Assembly: GCA_011773465.1 (NCBI GenBank)
Contig: WVXO01000064.1
Location: 57,929-121,928, forward strand
Reading direction: 5' to 3'
DNA from: Candidatus Aminicenantes bacterium
GTDB lineage: Bacteria; Acidobacteriota; Aminicenantia; Aminicenantales; Aminicenantaceae
Length of the DNA: 64,000 bases
The notes under the pieces are model-generated. The model was given only the letters and a program-made list of their open reading frames with translations. It had not been told where the DNA came from and did no database searches. This document shows positions 1 through 9,241 of the stretch, piece after piece; positions within the stretch are counted from its first letter, which is position 1, and every line of letters begins with the position of its first letter. The position numbers were made by a program, and so were the translations under genes.

Positions 1-1
1 A

Positions 2-1645
2 GAAACAGAGATGAAAAGGTTTGCCCGGATATTTTTCATCGGAAACAGGCTCTTTCGTTTCCTGATTAGGTATTATAAACCACTGCTGCGCTGGTCCCTA
101 TTCCACAGAAAAACTGTTATATCTGCTGCTCTCCTAGCCTTTTTTATCGCTTTGTTTATCATTGGAGCCGGTGTAATAAAAGTAGATTTTTTCCCCAAGG
201 AAGACATGGGACGCTTTAATATAAATCTTGAGCTCCCAATGGGATCGACTGTAGAAAAGACTAACCGTATAACCCAGCATATTGAAAGGCTTATCGCCCA
301 GATTCCTGAGGTAAAGGAGTATGTTTCTACTATTGGCGATACAGGGATGGTAATGTCCGACCTTACCGAGACTGCAGGAGGTAGTTCTGGGCCTGAGTTT
401 GGAAAGATACTCGTTAATATAGGCTATGATAACGAGAGAAAACGAAGCCAGTCTGAAGTTATCGAAGAGTTGGATTCAAAGTTGGCCGAGATCCCAGGGA
501 TTGAATACAGCTTCTTCGAAGTGGAAATGGGACCGCCCGTAGGAAGACCTGTAGCAATACAAGTATACGGGGAAGATTTTGAGGAGCTTAAAAATATAAG
601 CCAAACAGTTGAAAAACATTTAAAAAGTATTCCTGGCACGAGAAACGTTCAAAACAGTTTTCAAGAAAATAAACCTCAGATATCTATCAAAGTTGACAGA
701 ACAAACGCAGCAAAGTACGGAATCACTGCCCAAGAAATAACAATTCAAGTAATGGCAGCATTTCTTGGCTATGAAGCTACCGAAATCATGCTTGGCGATG
801 AACTCGTTGATGTTCGGGTCATTAATAAAGAAGCTCACAGGCAAAATTTTGAGGATGTGCTTGATACGCCTATATTCAGCACTGCAGGTATTAAGATGCC
901 ATTAAGCCAGTTTGCTCAGGTGGAAATTACAAAAGGTATATATAGAATCGATCGTCGCAACTTAAGACGTTCGGTGACAGTTGGTTGCGACGTCGATAAA
1001 GGTTATACGCCGCAGGAAATCTTTGCTTCAGTCCAGAAGCTTATGGAATTCACCCCGCCACCACAGGGATACAAACTAGAATACGGTGGAGAAGAGGAGG
1101 AGCGGCAGAGATCTTTCCAATCAATGACACGTGTGATGTTCCTCGGACTGATTCTTATTTTCTTTGTTCTAACGGCTCAGTTCGACTCCTTCAAGCAACC
1201 TTTAGTTATTCTTTTCACGGTTCCGCTTTCCATAATTGGTGTAGTAACAGGTCTGCTGATAACGAAGCTGACATTCAGTTTTATGGCTTTTGTTGGTGTC
1301 GTTGCCCTTGTTGGCATTGTGGTAAACGACGGTATAGTACTTATTGACTTCATAAATCAAAGACGTCGTCATGGAGTTGATCTCATAACGGCCATCTTCG
1401 ATGCCGGACCAAGAAGATTGAGGCCAGTTATGCTAACCACTGCTACAACAATCGGAGGACTCTTGCCTATCACACTCAACCTTGGAGGAGGGGGATCGTT
1501 CTGGGCGCCGCTAGGCACATCAATCATATTCGGATTATTATTCGCGACGATGCTGACTCTGGTTGTTGTGCCTTCTCTCTATTCCATCTTTGAAAGAAAG
1601 GCTTACAAAGAAGCTCTTTCTAAACATAGATCTCTAGGGGATTGA
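2..1645 (+). CDS. RND efflux transporter permease (AcrB/HAE1 family), C-terminal half. The gene is 5'-truncated by the window edge.
   Basis: The translation aligns with the AcrB periplasmic porter subdomain and TM7-12. Supporting segments include 'FFPKEDMGRFNINLELPMGSTVEKT', 'FMAFVGVVALVGIVVNDGIVLIDF' and 'RLRPVMLTTATTIGGLLPI'. The reading frame stays open to the window start. Confidence 0.85.
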   Translation, partial: ETEMKRFARIFFIGNRLFRFLIRYYKPLLRWSLFHRKTVISAALLAFFIALFIIGAGVIKVDFFPKEDMGRFNINLELPMGSTVEKTNRITQHIERLIAQIPEVKEYVSTIGDTGMVMSDLTETAGGSSGPEFGKILVNIGYDNERKRSQSEVIEELDSKLAEIPGIEYSFFEVEMGPPVGRPVAIQVYGEDFEELKNISQTVEKHLKSIPGTRNVQNSFQENKPQISIKVDRTNAAKYGITAQEITIQVMAAFLGYEATEIMLGDELVDVRVINKEAHRQNFEDVLDTPIFSTAGIKMPLSQFAQVEITKGIYRIDRRNLRRSVTVGCDVDKGYTPQEIFASVQKLMEFTPPPQGYKLEYGGEEEERQRSFQSMTRVMFLGLILIFFVLTAQFDSFKQPLVILFTVPLSIIGVVTGLLITKLTFSFMAFVGVVALVGIVVNDGIVLIDFINQRRRHGVDLITAIFDAGPRRLRPVMLTTATTIGGLLPITLNLGGGGSFWAPLGTSIIFGLLFATMLTLVVVPSLYSIFERKAYKEALSKHRSLGD

Positions 1646-1710
1646 TTCATCAAATCCGCCTTATTGTAGGGGCTTGATTTATCAAGCCCGCATTAGTGTA
1701 TGAGCTTGCC
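1637..1710. repeat. REP-like element (family A): two adjacent units, GTAG + GGGCTTGAT-TT-ATCAAGCCC palindrome.
   Basis: 'tgtaggggcttgatttatcaagccc', preceded by a degenerate copy 'ggggattgattcatcaaatcc'. Convergent intergenic region. Confidence 0.8.
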
Positions 1711-1811
1711 ACGTCGCTGCACTCCTCGCAATAACAATTCTTTTAGAGAGATTGCCGCGCTCCGTTCAGTCGCTCACAATGACATAGAAACACACGATTT
1801 TAGAAAAATAC

Positions 1812-3536
1812 CTATTTTTTATATCGTACTTTACCACCCACAATGGTAAAGACAATCTCAGTGTCTAAGATTTCATCATCGGGAACAGACATGATATCTT
1901 TGGAGAGAACTGTAATATCAGCCAGCTTTCCCGGCGTTAATGATCCCAGAATATCCTCTTGGAAAGCAGCATAGGCGCAATTTAGAGTGTATGAACGCAA
2001 GGCTTCTTCTCTGCTCATCCGCTGATCAGGATAAAATATTGTTCCATCCTTTAATTTTCGCGTAACCGTAGCATGAAAACAGGCTATGGGATCTATATAC
2101 TCAACCGGGACATCTGTTCCGTTGCAGATAATGGCTCCTGATTTCATCAGCTTTTGCCATACATAAGCACCTTCTTCAGCTCGTTTTTGCCCTAATCGCT
2201 TGATCACGTACGGGGCATCAGAAGTACAGTGAATTCCTTGCATTGAGGCAACGACTCCCAGTTGGCCGAATCTGGGGATATCGTCTGGGTGAAGATGCTG
2301 CGAGTGTTCAATGCGCCAGCGCAGGTTTTTTTTATCTGGATGAGCTTTGAATGCTCCCTCAAAAATGTTCAGAGTTTCCTGGTTAGCTCTATCTCCAATA
2401 GCATGTACACAAAGCTGGAAATCATCCTCAATCGCTATCTGCGCCGTTTCTTTGACAGAATCAACGGTAGAAGTATTCAAACCAGTGCTGGATGGAAGAT
2501 CTTCATACGGTTTAAGCAACCAGGCTCCGTGAGGGCCCAATGCACCGTCAAGCGAACGCTTAATGGCCCTTACAGTTAAATGATTTTTCCCGTTCCCGAT
2601 GATTTTATATTCAGAAAGACGTTCCTTCAGACGTTCGTTGCTGTCCCTAATCATGACCCAAAGCCGCATTCCAAGCTTGCCTTCCTCTGCTAGTTTCCTG
2701 AAGAGATCGATTGTTTCGAATGAGGAACCTGCATCATGAAAACTGGTAACTCCATTGGATAGACATTCCTCCACAGCAAGCTCAATCCCCCGCAGTTGTT
2801 CAGCTCTAACTTCTTCAGGGGTACGATTCTCTAGATAACGGCTCGATGCTCTGCGCAGCAGCCGCTGTGCTGTCTCTCTGAATGCCCCGATAGGATTTCC
2901 TTCAGAATCCTTTACAATTTCTCCTCCTGGCGGATCTTGTGTATCCTTTGAAATTCCTGCCAGCTCCATTGCCTTGGCGTTAGCAAAGGAAGCATGACCG
3001 CTGGCATGGGAGAATAAAGCTGGATTATCAGGAGAAACTTTGCTCAAAGTATGATGAAACGGTAGCCCGTCTACGTTTGGCTCGGGTGTCTTATCCCATT
3101 TTTCCTGATGCCAGCCTCTGCCAAAAATCCATTCCCCAGGTTTTGCTTTCTTTACTGCTTCCTTCGTCATCGCCACAACTTCATCCCAGTCCTTTACTTC
3201 CATAAAATTGAGAACCATCTTGGATCGCCCCAGACTTGTAAAATGGCCATGGCCATCAATGAAGCCAGGAATGGCCAAGTTCCCTTCCATGTCGATCACT
3301 TCAGTTTTTTCGGCTATGTAGGACCTTATTTCATCATTACTTCCTACAGCTATGATTCTATCTCCACTTACCGCCAATGCTTGTACCTCTGGTTTCGCAT
3401 CATCAACCGTAACTATCTTTCCGTTCATCAAAACCAGATCAGCTTTCTCTGGCTTCTGTAGCTCGCTTATACACGAACCGATAATCAAAAGACTTAAAAT
3501 GATAAAGAATAACTTGGAATATAGTCGATAAAACAT
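1812..3536 (-). CDS. Amidohydrolase family protein (amidohydrolase-3 / YtcJ-like metal-dependent hydrolase), secreted or lipoprotein.
   Basis: N-terminal signal with 'IIGSCIS'. The HxH metal motif 'GFIDGHGHF', plus 'HAIGDRA', 'HSQHL' and 'NGTDVPV', are typical of the TIM-barrel amidohydrolase fold. Length is 574 aa. Confidence 0.75.
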   Translation of the reverse strand: MFYRLYSKLFFIILSLLIIGSCISELQKPEKADLVLMNGKIVTVDDAKPEVQALAVSGDRIIAVGSNDEIRSYIAEKTEVIDMEGNLAIPGFIDGHGHFTSLGRSKMVLNFMEVKDWDEVVAMTKEAVKKAKPGEWIFGRGWHQEKWDKTPEPNVDGLPFHHTLSKVSPDNPALFSHASGHASFANAKAMELAGISKDTQDPPGGEIVKDSEGNPIGAFRETAQRLLRRASSRYLENRTPEEVRAEQLRGIELAVEECLSNGVTSFHDAGSSFETIDLFRKLAEEGKLGMRLWVMIRDSNERLKERLSEYKIIGNGKNHLTVRAIKRSLDGALGPHGAWLLKPYEDLPSSTGLNTSTVDSVKETAQIAIEDDFQLCVHAIGDRANQETLNIFEGAFKAHPDKKNLRWRIEHSQHLHPDDIPRFGQLGVVASMQGIHCTSDAPYVIKRLGQKRAEEGAYVWQKLMKSGAIICNGTDVPVEYIDPIACFHATVTRKLKDGTIFYPDQRMSREEALRSYTLNCAYAAFQEDILGSLTPGKLADITVLSKDIMSVPDDEILDTEIVFTIVGGKVRYKK

Positions 3537-3854
3537 GGTAGTATACCTCCTTTTTCTTAACTTTATGAATTAAATGAATAAATTGTCTTTCTTTTTCCAG
3601 CCATTGTTCGTTTGATGAAAACATATTATTTTCTTTACTGCGAGAATTCAAGCATTTTTGTGATTATCGGTGTGCCACTTCATAATAAGGCCTGATCCAA
3701 GGGATAGAAAGCGCGAGTAACTATTTTTTTTAGCCAGTTAACAAAGAAAACCTGTTTGATAAAGATCACACAAAAATAAATCATGGAAATATAAGAATAA
3801 AATGTTATAATACTTTGCCAACGCCTACCGTCACTTTTAGCAAAAAAGAAAACT

Positions 3855-5165
3855 ATGTCAAGAAATCTCGATAATTTACAGAATAACAGAGAAAAAAAAT
3901 TCATCTCCCTTCAGGTGGGAATCTCATTTCTACAGACGCTTCTCTCATTTTTCGTACCAGGAGGAGTTCTCGTCCTGGCAGTATCATTTCTTCTGCTTCG
4001 AGGATTGCCAACCCTTACTTTACCTCTGCTGATCCGCATGTGTCCGTATGCTGTTTTGGCTGCTGGGATATGGTTCGGATGGCGTTTTAACCGAAGCAGG
4101 TTGATTTTTGTCATTATTGTTCTAGCGTTAGCTGACAGATCATTGCTGATCTTTGCAGAAGGTAGTGGGGCTTCAGTAGGTGCGGGGCGTATTGTGTATA
4201 ATGCTATCTGCATCCTGTTACCGGCGAATCTAGTTGTGTTTTCCTTTATTAAGGAGCGGGGGTTTTTAACCTGGCATGGTAAGTGGCCCCTGGGCATGAT
4301 TCTTTTCCAGATAATTGCCGTTATACTGATTGGCGCTTGGAAGCAGTTAGGCTTGAGCCCTTATCTGGAATACTCATTTATAAAAATGCGTTTATTCAGC
4401 CTTATACCCATGGCCCAGCCAGGCTTGATAGCATTTGGAGCAGCCTTTTTTATTCTTATATTTCGCTATGTTCAGCACCGGGGTTCGATCGAGTGCGCTT
4501 TTTTCTGGACATTAGTCTCATCATTTTTTGCTCTGGCATTGGGCGATATAGGTCCCATGTCCACAATCTTTTTCGCCACAGCAGGCCTTGTCCTTGTCAT
4601 CTCGGTGCTTGAGACATCTTTTAACTTCGCCTTCTACGACGATTTGACCGGTTTGCCGGCCCGTCGAGCCTTTAACGAAACTCTCTCTAAGATTGGACGC
4701 CACTTTACAGTCGCGATGATTGAAGTAGACTCTTTTAAGAAAATAAACGACCGTTATGGCCTTCTTGTTGGGGATCAAGTTCTGCGTATGGTTGCCACAA
4801 AGCTTGAAAAAGTAACTGGAGGCGGTCTATCCTATCGTTATAGCGGACAAAGGTTCGGAGTAGTTTTTCCTGCCAAGTTTGTGGACGAAACAATTCCCCA
4901 TCTGGAAAGCCTGAGGAAGGGCGTCGAGATATATGGCTTCATTCTCCGCGGTGCAAAGCGTCCACGCAAGAAACCCGCGAATCCAGAAAAGTATAGAGGA
5001 CCTCAAAAGAGAGTTCCCCTTACTATTGCCATCGGCGCGGTAGAAAGGGAAGACACCAGTGTAAAGCCAAAGTATGTAATCAAGGCCGCGGATCAAGCGC
5101 TTTTAAATGCTCAAAATATGGGGGGCAACCAAATCGCCACCCAACCTCCTAAACCTTCTTATTGA
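3855..5165 (+). CDS. Polytopic membrane protein with a C-terminal degenerate GGDEF domain (likely inactive diguanylate cyclase or c-di-GMP receptor).
   Basis: About 6-7 hydrophobic helices are followed by 'DDLTGLPARRAFNE...IEVDSFKKINDRYG...GDQVLRMVA'. The catalytic GG(D/E)EF site reads 'RYSGQRF'. A lysine/arginine-rich ~30 aa insert follows. Confidence 0.7.
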   Translation: MSRNLDNLQNNREKKFISLQVGISFLQTLLSFFVPGGVLVLAVSFLLLRGLPTLTLPLLIRMCPYAVLAAGIWFGWRFNRSRLIFVIIVLALADRSLLIFAEGSGASVGAGRIVYNAICILLPANLVVFSFIKERGFLTWHGKWPLGMILFQIIAVILIGAWKQLGLSPYLEYSFIKMRLFSLIPMAQPGLIAFGAAFFILIFRYVQHRGSIECAFFWTLVSSFFALALGDIGPMSTIFFATAGLVLVISVLETSFNFAFYDDLTGLPARRAFNETLSKIGRHFTVAMIEVDSFKKINDRYGLLVGDQVLRMVATKLEKVTGGGLSYRYSGQRFGVVFPAKFVDETIPHLESLRKGVEIYGFILRGAKRPRKKPANPEKYRGPQKRVPLTIAIGAVEREDTSVKPKYVIKAADQALLNAQNMGGNQIATQPPKPSY

Positions 5166-5470
5166 AGAAGTCAGTAAATACGTCTAATTTATTTGACCTG
5201 GAATTTTAAAGAGAAACTACCTTTTTTCTCGACAACTGGTAATGTAAAAAAAAGTAAAAAAAGGGACAGGCTACTTTTTGGAAAGGAAGAAAGCTATCTT
5301 TACCCAGGAATTGGCCTCAAAGAAAAAGGTGCTTCCCCTTATGAAAAAGTATTGACTTCGCGCTATGGTCTATATAAATTAGCATGCTAGTTTACAAGCA
5401 TTCTTGACTAAGGACATGTTCGCAGTGAGCATGATCGATCAAACACTTATCCCAATAATCAACAAGTACG

Positions 5471-5630
5471 GGCTTGATAAATCAAGCCCCTACATGAATT
5501 AAGCCTCTGCATGAATTAAGCCTCTGCATGAATCAAGCCCCTGCGTGAATCAAGCCCCTACATGAATCAAGCCCCTACATGAATCAAGCCCCTACATGAA
5601 TCAAGCCTCTACATGAATTAAGCCCTAATA
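5471..5630. repeat. Family A palindrome followed by 8 tandem 17-bp half-site units (atgaatcaagcccctac).
   Basis: Directly read. The units abut with no spacers and vary at 1-3 positions (tt/tc, ctc/ccc). Confidence 0.9.
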
Positions 5631-5703
5631 TAAATAAAGCTCAGATAAAAAAATCCTGGAATCAAAAAGAATACAAAATATTTATGATGTTTACTTAATC
5701 AAC

Positions 5704-6363
5704 TTAGATTGTAAAGATTAGCTGGCTATCTTGCTTTTTATCTATTTTTGCATAGTGATCAAAAAAATTAAGCATTTCAGTGAGACTTTTTCCGGCCTCT
5801 ATCTTCTCTATTACTTTCTTTTCTATTATTTGAATGTTTTGAGCTGTATCTAAAACTTCAGCAGCTTCCTTTTCACTCATGACAATTATTCCGTCATCGT
5901 CGCCAATAATGATATCCCCTGGTGAAACAGATACTCCGCCGCAATTTACGCTCTCTTGTGTGGGAAAAATCTTAGAGGCTGTTCCTGCCATAGGAGTAAT
6001 ATACCTGGCGTAAACAGGAAAATTAATATTGCGTATTCCTTTTATGTCACGGCAAGCACCATCTACGACAATCCCTGCCAGCTTTTTCCTTTGAGCCTCG
6101 AGTGCAAATAATTCACCTACAAAAGCTATCTTATCTCCTTCTCCATCAATTACCAAAACCTCATCTTCGCTTGCATCGTGGAGAGCCTTCAGGACTGAAA
6201 GAAAATCACGTTTACAATGAACGGTTCGGGCGATGCCTATCATTTTTGTGCCATGGTTAACAGGACGCATTTCAGGATCCATTACCCTCAACTTTTCATT
6301 TACATCATAAATACAAGCCGTATCCAAGTTAGTTAGTCTTTCTTTTAATTTTATAAAATCCAT
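5704..6363 (-). CDS. RraA-family protein (4-hydroxy-4-methyl-2-oxoglutarate aldolase / oxaloacetate decarboxylase-like).
   Basis: 'EDEVLVIDGEGDKIAFVGELFALEAQRKKLAGIVVDGACRDIKGI' matches the RraA/MenG-like core 'VLVID...G..A..G.AG.V.DG..RD'. Confidence 0.75.
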   Translation of the reverse strand: MDFIKLKERLTNLDTACIYDVNEKLRVMDPEMRPVNHGTKMIGIARTVHCKRDFLSVLKALHDASEDEVLVIDGEGDKIAFVGELFALEAQRKKLAGIVVDGACRDIKGIRNINFPVYARYITPMAGTASKIFPTQESVNCGGVSVSPGDIIIGDDDGIIVMSEKEAAEVLDTAQNIQIIEKKVIEKIEAGKSLTEMLNFFDHYAKIDKKQDSQLIFTI

Positions 6364-6689
6364 AGTTCCTCCTTAGGATCTGTATTTTTTATGGTTTAAA
6401 ATACCTCATTCTTGACATTGAATAGCAGTTATTTTTATATATGTTATTGTGACGGTGAAAACAAGTAAATTCTGTGTCTAAGTTCCAATTCCTTGATGTT
6501 AGGCCTGAAACAGACACGCCCTTTCTGGTCATTGCAAAAGTCCCGGAAAAAAAGAATAGCATAATATCATAATATAATATTGAAAAACATAGATCCAATT
6601 GCCTAAAAAGGAGGTTTTCAATTACAGAACTGCACCATAAAATCGATAAATATCTGGTATGTTTATACGGAAATGATACCAAAGGTCGT

Positions 6690-6989
6690 TTGACCCGAAT
6701 TGATGACAAAGAAATTCTTCTTTATTCAGAGGGAAAGCTTGTAGGACATGCCTCTTTTGCTAAGGAAGGAAATAAGACTGGAGACTTGCATGTTTACCAA
6801 GATGTGATATATTTCCGCGCACATAACTCCCAATACCACCAGATTATAGACCTATTACGGAATGAGAATCCTGTCTATATCGGTTGGTATCCTAAGGCAG
6901 ATTCAACAGAGCAAAATGATGGATGCATATTTCACCACCTCTGGAGAGCCGCCCCGAGAAGACGAATGTTATCCGAAATAAAAGCCTGA
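6690..6989 (+). CDS. Hypothetical small protein (99 aa). The start codon is uncertain: TTG, or an upstream ATT.
   Basis: An ORF only. An 'AAAAAGGAGG' Shine-Dalgarno lies ~75 nt upstream with no ATG between. A sigma70-like TTGACA lies at 6408. Confidence 0.25.
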   Translation: MTRIDDKEILLYSEGKLVGHASFAKEGNKTGDLHVYQDVIYFRAHNSQYHQIIDLLRNENPVYIGWYPKADSTEQNDGCIFHHLWRAAPRRRMLSEIKA

Positions 6990-7051
6990 TAGAAAATAAA
7001 TCAAAGCAAAAGGAACTGCCTTTGCCTCTTGATATACTCCTTATATTAATC

Positions 7052-8284
7052 CTATGGCCCAAAAACATGGACCATATTATTCCAAGAATCCACAACATAT
7101 AGATTGTTGTCTATATCAAAACAAACTCCCCAGATTCCAGGGGCAACAACAAACTCCTCAATGAATCCTCCATATTCATCATATATCTGAATCATCCCAT
7201 CATGTCTGTCTGCTACATACACAAGCCCAAAGTTGTCTACACCAAGTCCCAAACAATTAACACACTGGCCCGGGGCTGTTCCAGCACCAACAAACTGGCT
7301 TAGATATACACCGTTATTCGTGAATACCTGAACACGGTCGTTTGCTTGATCCATAATATACAATCTTCCGCCGTCGGGGCTTGCTTTTATGATCCATAGG
7401 TTGGTGAACTGGCCTGGTCCAGTGCCCACGCCGCCCCATGTGAGCCTGAGGACAAATGTGGGATCAAACCATCTTACCAAATTGTTTGTATTATCGGGCA
7501 CATAGATATCGCCGTTCTCCGCGATGAAGCTGTCCCCTGGTCCTCCTACAGTAGCAAATTGGCCAATATAAGTTCCACTCGTATCAAATATCTGGACTCT
7601 GTTATTACCCCAATCCCCGACATACAGATTTCCATCAGGTGCATATTCAATATAGGTGGGAGTACCAAACTGACCATTTCCAGTCCCCTGGGAACCCCAT
7701 TGAGCAAGGTAGTTTCCGTCAGAATCAAATTTTTGGATTCGAAAATTATCCGAATCAGCGACAAAGATATTTCCGTCTTCATCTACAGCAACATCTCCGG
7801 GGAACTTAAACTCTCCATCTCCAGTCCCGAAACTTCCGAATGAAAATTTGAGAAGATACAGCCCTGTGAGTATAACCTCGTTGCTCGGAGTGGATGCTCC
7901 TGAAAGATTGTAGGAATAAACTTTATAGTAATAATAATTCGTTGGCTTTGTGCCAAACTCATCCTCGTAAAAAGCAGAATACCTGTTGGTAATGGTTGTA
8001 ACTAAAGTGGAACTGTCTGTTACACCTGGAGAGTCTGAGCGATATAACCTGTATTCTTGGAAGTTACCATCCACATTGATTGTCCATGAAATAACGGCTG
8101 ATGCTGTGGCGCTGTTAAATCGTGGTGTTGACAGATATACTGCACTTGGATTTGCAGGATCGCCCGGATCTCCTGGGTCCCCCTGGGGTCCTTGAGGTCC
8201 TGCTGATCCCGCTGGCCCCTCACATCCCGGAGTAAAAACCAGGATTAAAATAAATAAAGCAGTTAGACACATCACTTTCTTCAT
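7052..8284 (-). CDS. Lipoprotein with a collagen-like Gly-X-Y repeat, an FN3-like domain and NHL beta-propeller repeats.
   Basis: Signal plus lipobox 'LVFTPGC'. The Gly-X-Y run is 'GPQGPQGDPGDPGDP'. NHL repeats are recognisable, for example 'DGNIFVADSDNFRIQKFDSDGNY' and 'DGNLYVGDWGNNRVQIFD'. Confidence 0.75.
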   Translation of the reverse strand: MKKVMCLTALFILILVFTPGCEGPAGSAGPQGPQGDPGDPGDPANPSAVYLSTPRFNSATASAVISWTINVDGNFQEYRLYRSDSPGVTDSSTLVTTITNRYSAFYEDEFGTKPTNYYYYKVYSYNLSGASTPSNEVILTGLYLLKFSFGSFGTGDGEFKFPGDVAVDEDGNIFVADSDNFRIQKFDSDGNYLAQWGSQGTGNGQFGTPTYIEYAPDGNLYVGDWGNNRVQIFDTSGTYIGQFATVGGPGDSFIAENGDIYVPDNTNNLVRWFDPTFVLRLTWGGVGTGPGQFTNLWIIKASPDGGRLYIMDQANDRVQVFTNNGVYLSQFVGAGTAPGQCVNCLGLGVDNFGLVYVADRHDGMIQIYDEYGGFIEEFVVAPGIWGVCFDIDNNLYVVDSWNNMVHVFGP

Positions 8285-8521
8285 TTTAATTTCCTTTCTG
8301 CATATTTGCTTTTGAGTAGACTTTTATCACGGCCGAGAATTCCTGTCAAGATTTTTTCTCAGTTTCTCAGAAGTCAGAGCTCTGAAATAGTAATCACATT
8401 CCCCTGACTTTCTTAAACAAGCTTGAGAGTTTAGCTATCTTTAATTTTTTTGTGTGAACCTTAAAGCAATCAGGTAGAAAAATCTCATGAAAAATGGTAA
8501 ATTTTTACAATTATTGCTGTT

Positions 8522-9016
8522 ATGAGAAAGATTAATAACAATCAAAAAACTACTAATATCAGCATAACAAAGGCTCTGGGATGGCTTTTTGCATTATGTG
8601 TTATCTTGATCATAGCTTTTCTTTTTACTTCCTATCAGGTGGGACCTGTTAAAAAAACGCGCGGAATAGTATTACTTGAATATATCGGGCTTATTAAAGA
8701 CGAAAGAAGTAATGAGGAACTTATCAAGTATTTAAATAGCAGTGATGAGGTGGAGCAATTTGAGGCTATAGCTGCCATAGCCCAGAGAAGATATTCCCCG
8801 GATAACGCTCAGGCATTATTGAGCTATTTGAAATCAGGCATAGGCACAAAAAGAGTAAGAAATATTGCTGTTTGGGCCTTGGGGGAATTGCATGCCCAGG
8901 AAGCGAAGGAATTTCTCTATTCTTTAATAGGCAATGAGAATTTCGACCAGTATGAAGTTGACAAAGCAATAAAAAAAATTGAAGGAAAAATTCCAAAACC
9001 ATTTTGGAGAAGATAA
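8522..9016 (+). CDS. Membrane-anchored HEAT-repeat (PBS-lyase-like) protein.
   Basis: An N-terminal TM helix is followed by HEAT-like repeats 'QFEAIAAIAQRR...' and 'VRNIAVWALGELHAQEAKEFL'. Confidence 0.5.
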   Translation: MRKINNNQKTTNISITKALGWLFALCVILIIAFLFTSYQVGPVKKTRGIVLLEYIGLIKDERSNEELIKYLNSSDEVEQFEAIAAIAQRRYSPDNAQALLSYLKSGIGTKRVRNIAVWALGELHAQEAKEFLYSLIGNENFDQYEVDKAIKKIEGKIPKPFWRR

Positions 9017-9134
9017 AGTCCAGAATTGGCCTATCCGAAAGAACTTATATCGCTTCGCCTGACTGAACAAAGAAAGGACACTTCACTAACCGGAACCTCT
9101 TAAAATCAGTAACTTCATGGATTCAAATTTTACA

Positions 9135-9163
9135 TTGTAAAAATAACCGATCATTCCTATAAT
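9135..9163 (+). promoter_or_regulatory. Sigma70-like promoter TTGTAA-N17-TATAAT upstream of the lipoprotein gene at 9242.
   Basis: Hexamers and 17-nt spacer read directly. About 75 nt upstream of the start codon. Confidence 0.5.
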
Positions 9164-9241
9164 TATACAAATTAATATGAAACTAATATTGAATTGACAA
9201 AAATAAAAGAAGAAAAAACAAAAAACCTAGGGAGGCAATAA

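Noticed and set aside
2262-4778. Multiple 60-130 aa ORFs antisense to or out of frame within the amidohydrolase and GGDEF genes (2262-2579, 2347-2532, 3108-3461, 3911-4297, 4283-4612, 4521-4778).
   Set aside because: They are nested inside long ORFs with strong family-level similarity and show composition typical of shadow ORFs.
5471-5630. Possible CRISPR array.
   Set aside because: Units are 17 bp and directly abutting with no spacers. The units are half-sites of the REP-like palindrome. No cas genes in the window.
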